The notes under the pieces are model-generated. The model had not been told where the DNA came from, ran no database searches, and saw only the letters and a list, made by a program, of their open reading frames with translations. Positions 39,497-47,685 of a stretch of DNA of 64,000 bases are shown here, piece after piece. Source of the stretch: Turneriella sp. (GTDB lineage Bacteria; Spirochaetota; Leptospiria; Turneriellales; Turneriellaceae); NCBI GenBank assembly GCA_965279515.1, contig CBDIID010000003.1, positions 1,568,001-1,632,000 of the forward strand, written 5' to 3'. Each line of letters starts with the position of its first letter. Positions within the stretch are counted from its first letter, which is position 1. Both the position numbers and the translations under genes were made by a program.

Positions 39497-40670
39497 AACC
39501 ATTCTCGATCTGGGCGATCTGCCTGTAACAGAGGGCGGATTACTCCTTGTGGACAGAGCTCTGCGCCCCCTGGAAGCCGGCAGTTTTCTGAAAGTCGTAT
39601 CCCGCGAGCCGGATTTCTCAATCCACCTTGCTGCGTGGTGCAGGCAAAAAGGCTGTTCCTTCGAGGCGCGGGGCGACAGTGCATTTCTCATCGAACGACC
39701 GGTAAACTTTACAGCCGGCGCCGCAACCGCCGAATATGCAGGCGCAACCGATACACCGGTTGCTCACGCCAAAGAAAACTGGGGTCTCGCGGCGCGCGGT
39801 GCCCGGGTCGAACAGGGGATTGCCGGTTTCTATTTTCCACTGAACGATGGCGAAATGTTTTGGACGAAGCGCCTCCGCGCTCTTTATCAGCGTGCCGCCG
39901 CCGCGCAGTGGAACCCTGATACCGCGATCGACTGGCAGCAGAAGACAAATAATAAACCTGAAATCGAGGATGCCGTTGTGCAGGTGATGACGTACCTGAT
40001 TGAAAACGAAACGGCAGCGCTGGTCATTCCCGCGCGTTTTGCTTCCCAGGTGCATCCGCATTATTATGAGGTGATGCAGCTTTTGGTGATTCAGGCTGCG
40101 GATGAAGCGCGGCACATCGAAATTTTTTCGCGGCGGGCCAGGCTCCACCGTACCATTCTGGGGCTTTCCACAACAGGGGGACAGGCGTCTTTGAAGACGC
40201 TCATCGACGAAAGCGATTTTTCACTCGCCACGCTTTTGCTCTCAGTTCTGGGCGAAGGGAGTTTTTTAAGCCTGTTGCACTTTCTGCGCAACTTTGCTCC
40301 CGACGCCGTGACGCGGCAGGTTTGCGCGTTGGCGGCGAAAGACGAAGCGCGGCACGTGATTTTTGCCATGGCGCATTTGACGGCAGCGGTAGACCACAAG
40401 CCTGAGATCAGGCATGATTTCGCCGCAGCGATAAAAAGGCGCCATCATGAACTCACCGGCACGGCGGGCTTAAACGAAGACGTCTTTCAATCGCTGACGA
40501 TTCTTGCAGCGGGCTCGCTTGAGCCCCAGGACATCGCCCGGGGACATAAAGCAGTGAAGCGGCTCGAACATTTTATGAACGCCGGCCGTGTACGCCGCTT
40601 GCAGCAACTGGGCTTCAGCATCGACGAGGCGCAGGCGCTGTCACAGCTGCACACGCGCAATTTTATGTAA
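39474..40670 (+). CDS. TusA-like domain fused to a ferritin-like di-iron domain
   Basis: GTG start at 39474. N-terminal LDLG..L..G..LKV..EP...LAAWCRQKG (TusA/SirA fold). Di-iron ligand pattern ENE..., DEARH, GEG, DEARH. Confidence 0.8.
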   Translation: MKSPQRTETILDLGDLPVTEGGLLLVDRALRPLEAGSFLKVVSREPDFSIHLAAWCRQKGCSFEARGDSAFLIERPVNFTAGAATAEYAGATDTPVAHAKENWGLAARGARVEQGIAGFYFPLNDGEMFWTKRLRALYQRAAAAQWNPDTAIDWQQKTNNKPEIEDAVVQVMTYLIENETAALVIPARFASQVHPHYYEVMQLLVIQAADEARHIEIFSRRARLHRTILGLSTTGGQASLKTLIDESDFSLATLLLSVLGEGSFLSLLHFLRNFAPDAVTRQVCALAAKDEARHVIFAMAHLTAAVDHKPEIRHDFAAAIKRRHHELTGTAGLNEDVFQSLTILAAGSLEPQDIARGHKAVKRLEHFMNAGRVRRLQQLGFSIDEAQALSQLHTRNFM

Positions 40671-41835
40671 GGCGGGACCGGGTCAGGGTTAAGAAATACA
40701 CAGCGACCAGCAACGACACAAGGCCGGTTGCCGCGAATGTGATAACCGGTCCAAAACGTAACCAAAACAATCCCGTCAGCACACTTGCCAACAGCAGGCC
40801 GACGCTCTGCAATCCGGCAAAAGTCCCGATCGCTGTGGCGGTATCTTCCCTCGCTGCGATATTGGAAATCCACGCTTTGGAAATCCCCTCTGTTGCTGCC
40901 GCGTAAAGACCATAGAGAAAAAACAACCCCGCAATGGTGTAGAGGTCTGAGCTGACAGCCATACCGAAATAGACGACTGCGAACAGCACAAGGCCTGTCA
41001 CCAGCATCGTTTTCAGACCTAAGCGGTCTGCGAGTATGCCCAAAGGAAATGCAAACAGGGCATAGACGAGATTATAAAATATATAAACTCCGATGACGGC
41101 GGTATCATCGAGCCCTGCTTGTTTTGCTTTCAGCAGCAGAAACACATCGGAACTGTTGAACAGCGTAAAAAACAGCAAACCGGTCACGACCCGGCGGTAA
41201 GCGACGGGGCTTTTTTGCCAGTAACCTATAAAGGAAAAACGGGGGGGCGGGGCAGCAGCGCTTTCACGGATAATCTTTTTATCTTTCAACAGAAAAGAAG
41301 CAACAACGGCGAGCAATCCGGGGACAAAAGCGATGTAGAAGAGCGTAACATAATCCCCTGGAAAATAATACAGATACACCAGGGCAAGTGCCGGGCCGAT
41401 GACCGCACCTACAGTATCCATGGAACGATGGAAACCGAAAACGGTGCCCTTGCTCGCGGGTGTGGCTTCGTCCGAGAGCATTGCATCCCTTGCTCCTGTT
41501 CTGATGCCCTTGCCCATACGGTCAATCGTCCGCGCGAAGAAAACCCAGAGCGGGTAAATAAAAGCCGCCATCAGGGGCTTTGAAACTGCGCTCAACGCAT
41601 AACCGATGCGCACAAACGGCACGCGCCGGCCTGAAAGATCAGAAATTTTTCCGAAATAGCCTTTGCTGAACCCCGCTGTGGCCTCAGCAATGCCTTCGAG
41701 TATACCGATGAGCAGCACGGAGAAACCAATCTGTTTGAGATAAATCGGTAAAATGGGGTAAAGCATTTCACTCGCGGCGTCGGTAAAGAGGCTGATGAGA
41801 GATAGGATCCAAACCGTGCGGGAGATATTCTTCAT
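40663..41835 (-). CDS. MFS transporter
   Basis: SLFTDAASEM, GKISDLSGRR, DRMGKGIRTGARDA, FGFHRSMDTVGAVIGP. Confidence 0.93.
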   Translation of the reverse strand: MKNISRTVWILSLISLFTDAASEMLYPILPIYLKQIGFSVLLIGILEGIAEATAGFSKGYFGKISDLSGRRVPFVRIGYALSAVSKPLMAAFIYPLWVFFARTIDRMGKGIRTGARDAMLSDEATPASKGTVFGFHRSMDTVGAVIGPALALVYLYYFPGDYVTLFYIAFVPGLLAVVASFLLKDKKIIRESAAAPPPRFSFIGYWQKSPVAYRRVVTGLLFFTLFNSSDVFLLLKAKQAGLDDTAVIGVYIFYNLVYALFAFPLGILADRLGLKTMLVTGLVLFAVVYFGMAVSSDLYTIAGLFFLYGLYAAATEGISKAWISNIAAREDTATAIGTFAGLQSVGLLLASVLTGLFWLRFGPVITFAATGLVSLLVAVYFLTLTRSRLT

Positions 41836-41868
41836 ATATAATGCGGGGCATTAAACCTAATCCACCAT

Positions 41869-43227
41869 TCAAACGAGCTCAACCTCCTGCAGATACTCCG
41901 GAACGCTTGCATTCCATTTTAATTCCTGATGAATTCTTTCCGCAAGTGCCCGCGCCGATTCCGGTTCGCCATGCGTGACAAAAGTCATGCGCGGTGGTTT
42001 TTTGCAGAGCGAAAGCCAGGCAAGAATCTCAGGCGCATCGGCATGAGCGGACAGGCTATGGATCATTTCGACCCGCGCCCGTATCGGCACTTCTTCGCCG
42101 TGGATGCGAAGGGTTTTAGCGCCCTGCAGCAGAGCTGCCCCGCGCGTGCCGGCTGCCTGAAAACCGGTAAAAAGAATGATATTATTTTCATGCGGCCCGA
42201 ATGCCGCCAGGTGATGGAGAATGCGCCCACCCGTCGCCATACCATTCGCCGAGATAATCACCATGGGCCCTGCCGTCTGGTTGAGACGTTTCGATTCCTC
42301 CGGAGTCCTGATATAGATGGCTGCCTCACAGAGCTCCGCGCACGCCGCGGCGCCAAGACGGTGATCACCCTGGTGATCGCGGAATATTTCCGTGGCGTTG
42401 ATCGACATCGGGCTGTTCAGGAAAACAGGAATTTCAGGAATACGGTTTTCACGCCGCAGTTTGGCGAAATAATAAAGCAGCAACTGCGTGCGTCCCACCG
42501 AGAATGCCGGCACAAGTACAACAGCTTTTTTGTTCGCAGCCTCGGTGATGATATCGGCTAAGGTATCTTCGGCGGGCTTGTGATCGTGTATGCGGTTTCC
42601 GTAGGTTGACTCGACGATAAGATAATCCGTTTCTGCAACCGCATCCGGCGGAAAAAACAAGGGATCATTGGGTCGCCCCAAATCACCTGTAAACGTCACA
42701 GTCTTATTTCCGGCCGTCAGGCGCACGAGGGCCGAGCCCAGAATATGTCCCGAATTTTCAAACCGGCAGGAGATATTCCCGGGCAGCGTGAAATCCTCAC
42801 GATACTTTTTCGCGGTAAATTTCCCGAGCGAAATCAGCGCGTCATCCTGCGTATAGAGCGGTAATGCCGGGTGGTGTTTCGAAAATCCGCGCTTGTTGGC
42901 AAAGCGCGCTTCTTCTTCCTGCAGCCAGCCGCTGTCGGGTAAAAGGATTTCGCATTGCGCCCGGGTGCCCGGTGTGCAATAGATTTTTCCCTTAAAACCA
43001 TTCTTCACAAGCAACGGCAGATATCCCGAATGGTCGATGTGCGCATGCGTGAGCACGACGGCGGCAATCGAGGCGGGCCTCACCGGCAGCGGATCCCAGT
43101 TTCTGAGCCGTAACTCCTTGAGTCCCTGGTAGAGACCGCAGTCGACGAGAATGTGCGTCTCGCCCTCTGTCACCAGGTATTTTGAACCGGTTACCGTACC
43201 GGTTCCCCCTAAGAATTGAATTTTCAA
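41869..43227 (-). CDS. Metallo-beta-lactamase beta-CASP ribonuclease (YSH1-like)
   Basis: FLGGTGTVTGS, THAHIDHSG, GHILGS, ESTYG, SAHAD, HGE. TTG start overlaps the copper oxidase TGA. Confidence 0.93.
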   Translation of the reverse strand: MKIQFLGGTGTVTGSKYLVTEGETHILVDCGLYQGLKELRLRNWDPLPVRPASIAAVVLTHAHIDHSGYLPLLVKNGFKGKIYCTPGTRAQCEILLPDSGWLQEEEARFANKRGFSKHHPALPLYTQDDALISLGKFTAKKYREDFTLPGNISCRFENSGHILGSALVRLTAGNKTVTFTGDLGRPNDPLFFPPDAVAETDYLIVESTYGNRIHDHKPAEDTLADIITEAANKKAVVLVPAFSVGRTQLLLYYFAKLRRENRIPEIPVFLNSPMSINATEIFRDHQGDHRLGAAACAELCEAAIYIRTPEESKRLNQTAGPMVIISANGMATGGRILHHLAAFGPHENNIILFTGFQAAGTRGAALLQGAKTLRIHGEEVPIRARVEMIHSLSAHADAPEILAWLSLCKKPPRMTFVTHGEPESARALAERIHQELKWNASVPEYLQEVELV

Positions 43228-44531
43228 TCGTTCACCTTCGCTGCCACCGTACCCTTCGGATACTTGTACCAGCCAGGATCGGCATAACCCTTGAGTTTGT
43301 CACGCACCTTGAGCACGGTAAACATTCCCCCCATCTCAATCGGCCCGAACGGCCCCTGCCCCGTCATCATCGGCAGCGTATTTTTCGGACGGCTCATCTC
43401 CATCTCAGCCATTTCACCCATGCCTTCATTGCCCATCTCCATGTAATCCGGCAATTGTTTGCGCACTTTCTTTTCATGCGCTTTGTCGCGTTTAACCCCG
43501 ATCATGTTAGGAATATCATGCGCCATCGCATTCATCGTGTGGTGCGACTTATGGCAGTGGAATGCCCAGTCGCCGGGGTTATCGGCGATGAATTCGATGT
43601 CGCGGGTCGCGCCCACAGGCACATTCACCGTAATCTCAGGCACCCATGCGGTTTCCTGGATTGGCCCGCCATCGGTACCCGTAACGTGAAAATAATGCCC
43701 ATGCAGATGTATCGGATGCGAATCCATGCTGAGATTGGCGAGCCGAATGCGCACGCGGTCGCCGGTTTTTACGACGAGATGGTCGGTGCCCGGAAAAGCA
43801 CGATGGTTAAACGTGAAGATGTTGAAATCCGTCATCACCAGTGGATTCGGCCGTGACGTACCGGGCTCAATCCGCCATTCCTGCAGCATGATCGCAAAGT
43901 CGCGGTCGATCTTGCGCTGCGCTTTTTTCGGATGGATAATAAAGAACCCCATCATGCCGAGTGCCATCTGCACCATCTCGTCAGAATGCGGATGGTACAT
44001 CAGCGTCGCCGGCTTTTGCCGTATCTGAAACTCGTACTTAAACGTCTCACCCGGCATAATGTGTTTCTGGTTCAGTCCCGCGACGCCGTCCATGCCCGCC
44101 GGCAACAGCACGCCGTGCCAATGGATGGAAGTTTTTTCCGGTAGTTTGTTCGTGACATAGATGCGCACTTTGTCGCCCTCCGTCACTTCGAGCGTCGGTC
44201 CCGGCGCTGAGCCGTTATAACCCCAGCAGTCGACGAGCATGCCGGGCGCAAACTCACGCTTCACAGGTTCGGCGGTCAGGCGAAAGGTTTTGAAGCCATT
44301 CTCGATCGTGTAGCCGAGCGACGGCACATTCGGCGTGATGACGCGGTGGGATGTACTCAGGCCTGAAACGATTTCATCGTCTGCACGGCCTTTTTCCTTT
44401 GGTCGCTCTGCTTTTTTAGCGCCATGATTTTCATGATCCTGCGCGCCCAGCATGCGGCCCGCCGCAAGGGTGGCCAACAGCGCCGCCGCCGATTTTTTTA
44501 GAAAATTTGTACGTGATATTGTGTTTTCCAT
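43224..44531 (-). CDS. Tat-exported two-domain multicopper oxidase
   Basis: Tat-like SRTNFLK; HWHG, MYHPH, HPIHLHGH, HCHKSHH; Met-rich C-terminus. Confidence 0.93.
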   Translation of the reverse strand: MENTISRTNFLKKSAAALLATLAAGRMLGAQDHENHGAKKAERPKEKGRADDEIVSGLSTSHRVITPNVPSLGYTIENGFKTFRLTAEPVKREFAPGMLVDCWGYNGSAPGPTLEVTEGDKVRIYVTNKLPEKTSIHWHGVLLPAGMDGVAGLNQKHIMPGETFKYEFQIRQKPATLMYHPHSDEMVQMALGMMGFFIIHPKKAQRKIDRDFAIMLQEWRIEPGTSRPNPLVMTDFNIFTFNHRAFPGTDHLVVKTGDRVRIRLANLSMDSHPIHLHGHYFHVTGTDGGPIQETAWVPEITVNVPVGATRDIEFIADNPGDWAFHCHKSHHTMNAMAHDIPNMIGVKRDKAHEKKVRKQLPDYMEMGNEGMGEMAEMEMSRPKNTLPMMTGQGPFGPIEMGGMFTVLKVRDKLKGYADPGWYKYPKGTVAAKVND

Positions 44532-44537
44532 ATTTCC

Positions 44538-45905
44538 TCACTGTAGGGCGGCGAGATTCATGCCGGTCGCCTTGCCGAGCTCGGCGCGCGCGGTAAAATA
44601 GTCGCGGTGTGCGTCGAGATATTCTTTTTCGGCCCTGAGTTCATTCTGCCGCGCGGTCAGCAGGTGAAAAATACCGGCGAGCATCGCATTATATTGTACC
44701 TGCATGAGCTGCGTGGCGCGCGCGCGCTGCGGCAGAACCTGTTTGTGGTAGAAGGCGACGCGTTGCCGCGCGGCGATCATCTTGTCGCGTGCGACGCGCA
44801 CGTCGGCGCGTACCTGAACCGCCAGGTTTTCGAGTTCACGCAGCCGCATGCGGTAGAGGTTGACGATCCTTTCAATGCGCGCGTCGCCCTGATCGAACAA
44901 CGGCACTTCGTACTGGATATGCGGCCCGATTTTGTAGGCATCTTCTTCGAAAGCCGCGTCGACGCCGAAATCGAGCTGCGGCACCCAACGCACGCCCGTC
45001 ACGGCCTTCAATTGGGCCCGGTAAAAATCGAGGCCCGCCATCAGCGCCTTGATATCAGAACGGTTTTCGAGCGCTTTATTCTCGAGACCGGCAAAAGCGT
45101 TTTCACCGGCGGGAATCGCCGGCACCGTTTCCGGTATTTTCCAGCGCAGGTCAGCGCCCCACAGTCCCATGAGCCGGTTGAGGTTCTCGCGCAACAGGCG
45201 CACATCGATCTCAGCCTGCTGCAGCGCCAGGCGAATCTCTGAGAATGCCGCCTCTTCAGTGGCCAGCTCAAGTTCGCTGATATTTCCCGCGCTGTGCAGG
45301 CGGCGGTGCATGGTGATCGACTCTTCGGCGGTTTCAAAATTCAAGGACTCGATACGAAACTTGTGCAGCCCGGTCTGCAAAGCGACATAGCTTATGCGCG
45401 TGGCCAGCGCGAGGTTCTGTATCGCCTGCGCGGCGCCGTGCTGCGCTTCGAGTGCCTCGGCTTCGGCCATACGCGTGCGCGCCGCCCTCAGGAAAAAATC
45501 GAGCAGATTGAGGTCTATCCCACTTTCAACCGTCGGCGTGCCCGACTGCAGGGAAAAGCGCGGCGAAACAACAATCGTCGGATTTTTCAGCAGCCCCGCC
45601 TGCCAGACGTCAGCCACGGCTGCACCGAGACGGTCAAACTGCGCCTGCAGTTCGGGGTTGTTGAGTAGCGCGATTTTGACCGTATCATCGACGCTGAGTG
45701 GGTGGCTGAGCGTCTGCTGAACGACTTTGCGGATTTCTGCATCGGCCTGGTCATTGGCCCGCCAGCGCACGCCGGTACCGAGACGTTCCTGCGCCAGCGC
45801 ATCGAGCTTTGCCATATCGTCGCGTTTAGGCGCCGAACTGCATGCCCCTGTAAGCAGCAGCGACAGGGCGGCGCTGGCGATAACCACCCGTTCAGTGGTG
45901 CTCAT
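44538..45905 (-). CDS. TolC-family outer-membrane efflux lipoprotein (copper cluster)
   Basis: Lipobox TGAC; ALLNNPELQA, AGLLKNP, VPLFDQG, YNAM. Confidence 0.9.
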   Translation of the reverse strand: MSTTERVVIASAALSLLLTGACSSAPKRDDMAKLDALAQERLGTGVRWRANDQADAEIRKVVQQTLSHPLSVDDTVKIALLNNPELQAQFDRLGAAVADVWQAGLLKNPTIVVSPRFSLQSGTPTVESGIDLNLLDFFLRAARTRMAEAEALEAQHGAAQAIQNLALATRISYVALQTGLHKFRIESLNFETAEESITMHRRLHSAGNISELELATEEAAFSEIRLALQQAEIDVRLLRENLNRLMGLWGADLRWKIPETVPAIPAGENAFAGLENKALENRSDIKALMAGLDFYRAQLKAVTGVRWVPQLDFGVDAAFEEDAYKIGPHIQYEVPLFDQGDARIERIVNLYRMRLRELENLAVQVRADVRVARDKMIAARQRVAFYHKQVLPQRARATQLMQVQYNAMLAGIFHLLTARQNELRAEKEYLDAHRDYFTARAELGKATGMNLAALQ

Positions 45906-46236
45906 GGTTACCGCCGGTTTTTTCCCGCAATTGTAATTTCATGCCGCACTGGGGACATTTGCCCGGTTTGTCGCTCTGCACTTCGCTGTGCATCGGGCAC
46001 ACGTAAGGAAGCTCCGTGGCAGAACCATGGTCGTGTTTATCTGTCACGGCCGTGCTTTGGTTTTTTGTTTCGGCGATCTCCAGTACTTCTGAAGTGTAGT
46101 GTGGTTCTTCAGCCGAAGCCAAAAGAACGGGCGAGCTGTCAGCAGCGGGCAAATGCGCGGCTGAGGCGCACGAAGACAGACCGGGCAGAACCACGGCGGC
46201 CACCGCAACACAGGAAAAAAATTTCAATAATTTCAT
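45892..46236 (-). CDS. Heavy-metal-binding domain lipoprotein
   Basis: Lipobox LSSC; YVCPMHSEV..PGKCPQCGMKL; His-rich segments. GGAGG SD. Confidence 0.88.
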   Translation of the reverse strand: MKLLKFFSCVAVAAVVLPGLSSCASAAHLPAADSSPVLLASAEEPHYTSEVLEIAETKNQSTAVTDKHDHGSATELPYVCPMHSEVQSDKPGKCPQCGMKLQLREKTGGNHEHH

Positions 46237-46285
46237 AGATCCTCCTATAAGTTAAAAAAGCCTGGGGCCTGAACTTAGGGGATTT

Positions 46286-46669
46286 CTAGATGAGAATGCG
46301 GTGGAGGGTAATCGTAATCTGCGGATCGGGAACGCTCTGGGCAGCTCTGGCCAAATCGTGTTTTAAAACTACATGCCCAACAGCATGTGGAACCGCTAAC
46401 AGACATGGCGCCGTGAATACCGATTGTTTCAGGGCGGCGGTAGTTTTCGCCGTACCCATGGGCAAAGCGCTGCGTTCGAGGCAATGGGTGCACGGCAATG
46501 CGGCACTGGGGGTAAAAGTGATTTTTTTCTGAAAACCCGGACAGCAGCTATGGCCAGCCGCCGTGCTAAGAGAAGTCCTCTTACATACGGTATGCGCAGA
46601 GAGCGCACCCTGCAAGCCCGCAATCAAACCAGCGGCAAACACGAAGATTTTGATGCTTTTTTTGGTCAT
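46286..46669 (-). CDS. Cys/His-rich exported leader protein upstream of the copper operon
   Basis: Signal peptide ..ALSA; HTVC, HSCC, CTHC; ends PDPQITITLHRILI*. Confidence 0.6.
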   Translation of the reverse strand: MTKKSIKIFVFAAGLIAGLQGALSAHTVCKRTSLSTAAGHSCCPGFQKKITFTPSAALPCTHCLERSALPMGTAKTTAALKQSVFTAPCLLAVPHAVGHVVLKHDLARAAQSVPDPQITITLHRILI

Positions 46670-46781
46670 ACCTGGTGAATAGACTGCGGCTACCCTGTTA
46701 TATTACACCGGGTGCGAAAAAAAGGCGATTTTTTGGACCCACAACGGTTTGACCGCGGCGGCCATACGGTGAGCATGGACG

Positions 46782-47555
46782 ATGGCCAAAGCAGCACAGC
46801 GCAGGGTTTTGATGCCTTTGCCCGCATATGATTTTGACCCGACAGAGGCTGCCATCACCTGGCAAGTGCTGACGTCAAAGGGTGTCGAGGTCCATTTTGC
46901 GACGCCCGACGGCAAACCCGCAAACGCCGACCCGCGCATGCTCTATGGCACGGGACTCTCCGTTTTCAAAAGAATTCTGATGGCCCGGCAGGACGCCGTC
47001 GATGCCTGCCTCGCGATGTATGAGAATGCGCATTTCAGGAAACCCATTGCCTATAAAAAAGTTAAGGATGCCGGTTTTGACGGACTGGTTCTGCCGGGAG
47101 GCCATGCACCCGGCATGCGCGTCTATCTCGAATCGCTGGCGCTGCAAAATCTCACCACCGCATTTTTTGCGAAAAAGAAACCCGTCGGCGCGATCTGCCA
47201 CGGCGCAGTGCTTGCAGCGCGTTCAAAACGCAAAGACGGTAAGTCGGTGCTATTCGGCAAAAAAACCACGGCGCTGCTGAAAAAACAAGAGCTGGCCGCG
47301 TATAACCTGACGCGCGTATGGCTGGGTACATATTACCGCACGTACCCTGAGACTACAGTGCAAGACGAAGTGACTGCGGCGCTGGCCTCGCAGCAGGATT
47401 TCCTCAGCGGCCCCACGCCCGGCCTTACCCGTGATGCACCTGATAAAATGAAGCGCGGGTTCACTGTCACCGATGGCAACTATATCTCGGCGCGCTGGCC
47501 GGGCGATGCCTACAATTTCGCGAACGGTTTTCTGAAGCTCATTCATAAGTCTTAA
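46782..47555 (+). CDS. DJ-1/PfpI (type 1 glutamine amidotransferase-like) protein
   Basis: DFDPTE, LPGGHAPGM, GAICHG, SARWPGD. Confidence 0.9.
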   Translation: MAKAAQRRVLMPLPAYDFDPTEAAITWQVLTSKGVEVHFATPDGKPANADPRMLYGTGLSVFKRILMARQDAVDACLAMYENAHFRKPIAYKKVKDAGFDGLVLPGGHAPGMRVYLESLALQNLTTAFFAKKKPVGAICHGAVLAARSKRKDGKSVLFGKKTTALLKKQELAAYNLTRVWLGTYYRTYPETTVQDEVTAALASQQDFLSGPTPGLTRDAPDKMKRGFTVTDGNYISARWPGDAYNFANGFLKLIHKS

Positions 47556-47685
47556 CCACTAAGCCTTTGGGCTGATAAGCCTAAAACCGCCGCTTTGGCA
47601 TTTAAGGTTGACCGGTGGAGCCCTTGGTACCCTGATAAGCCGCCATCGCTTGGCGCAGTTGATTTTTGAGTACACCGGAGAACAT

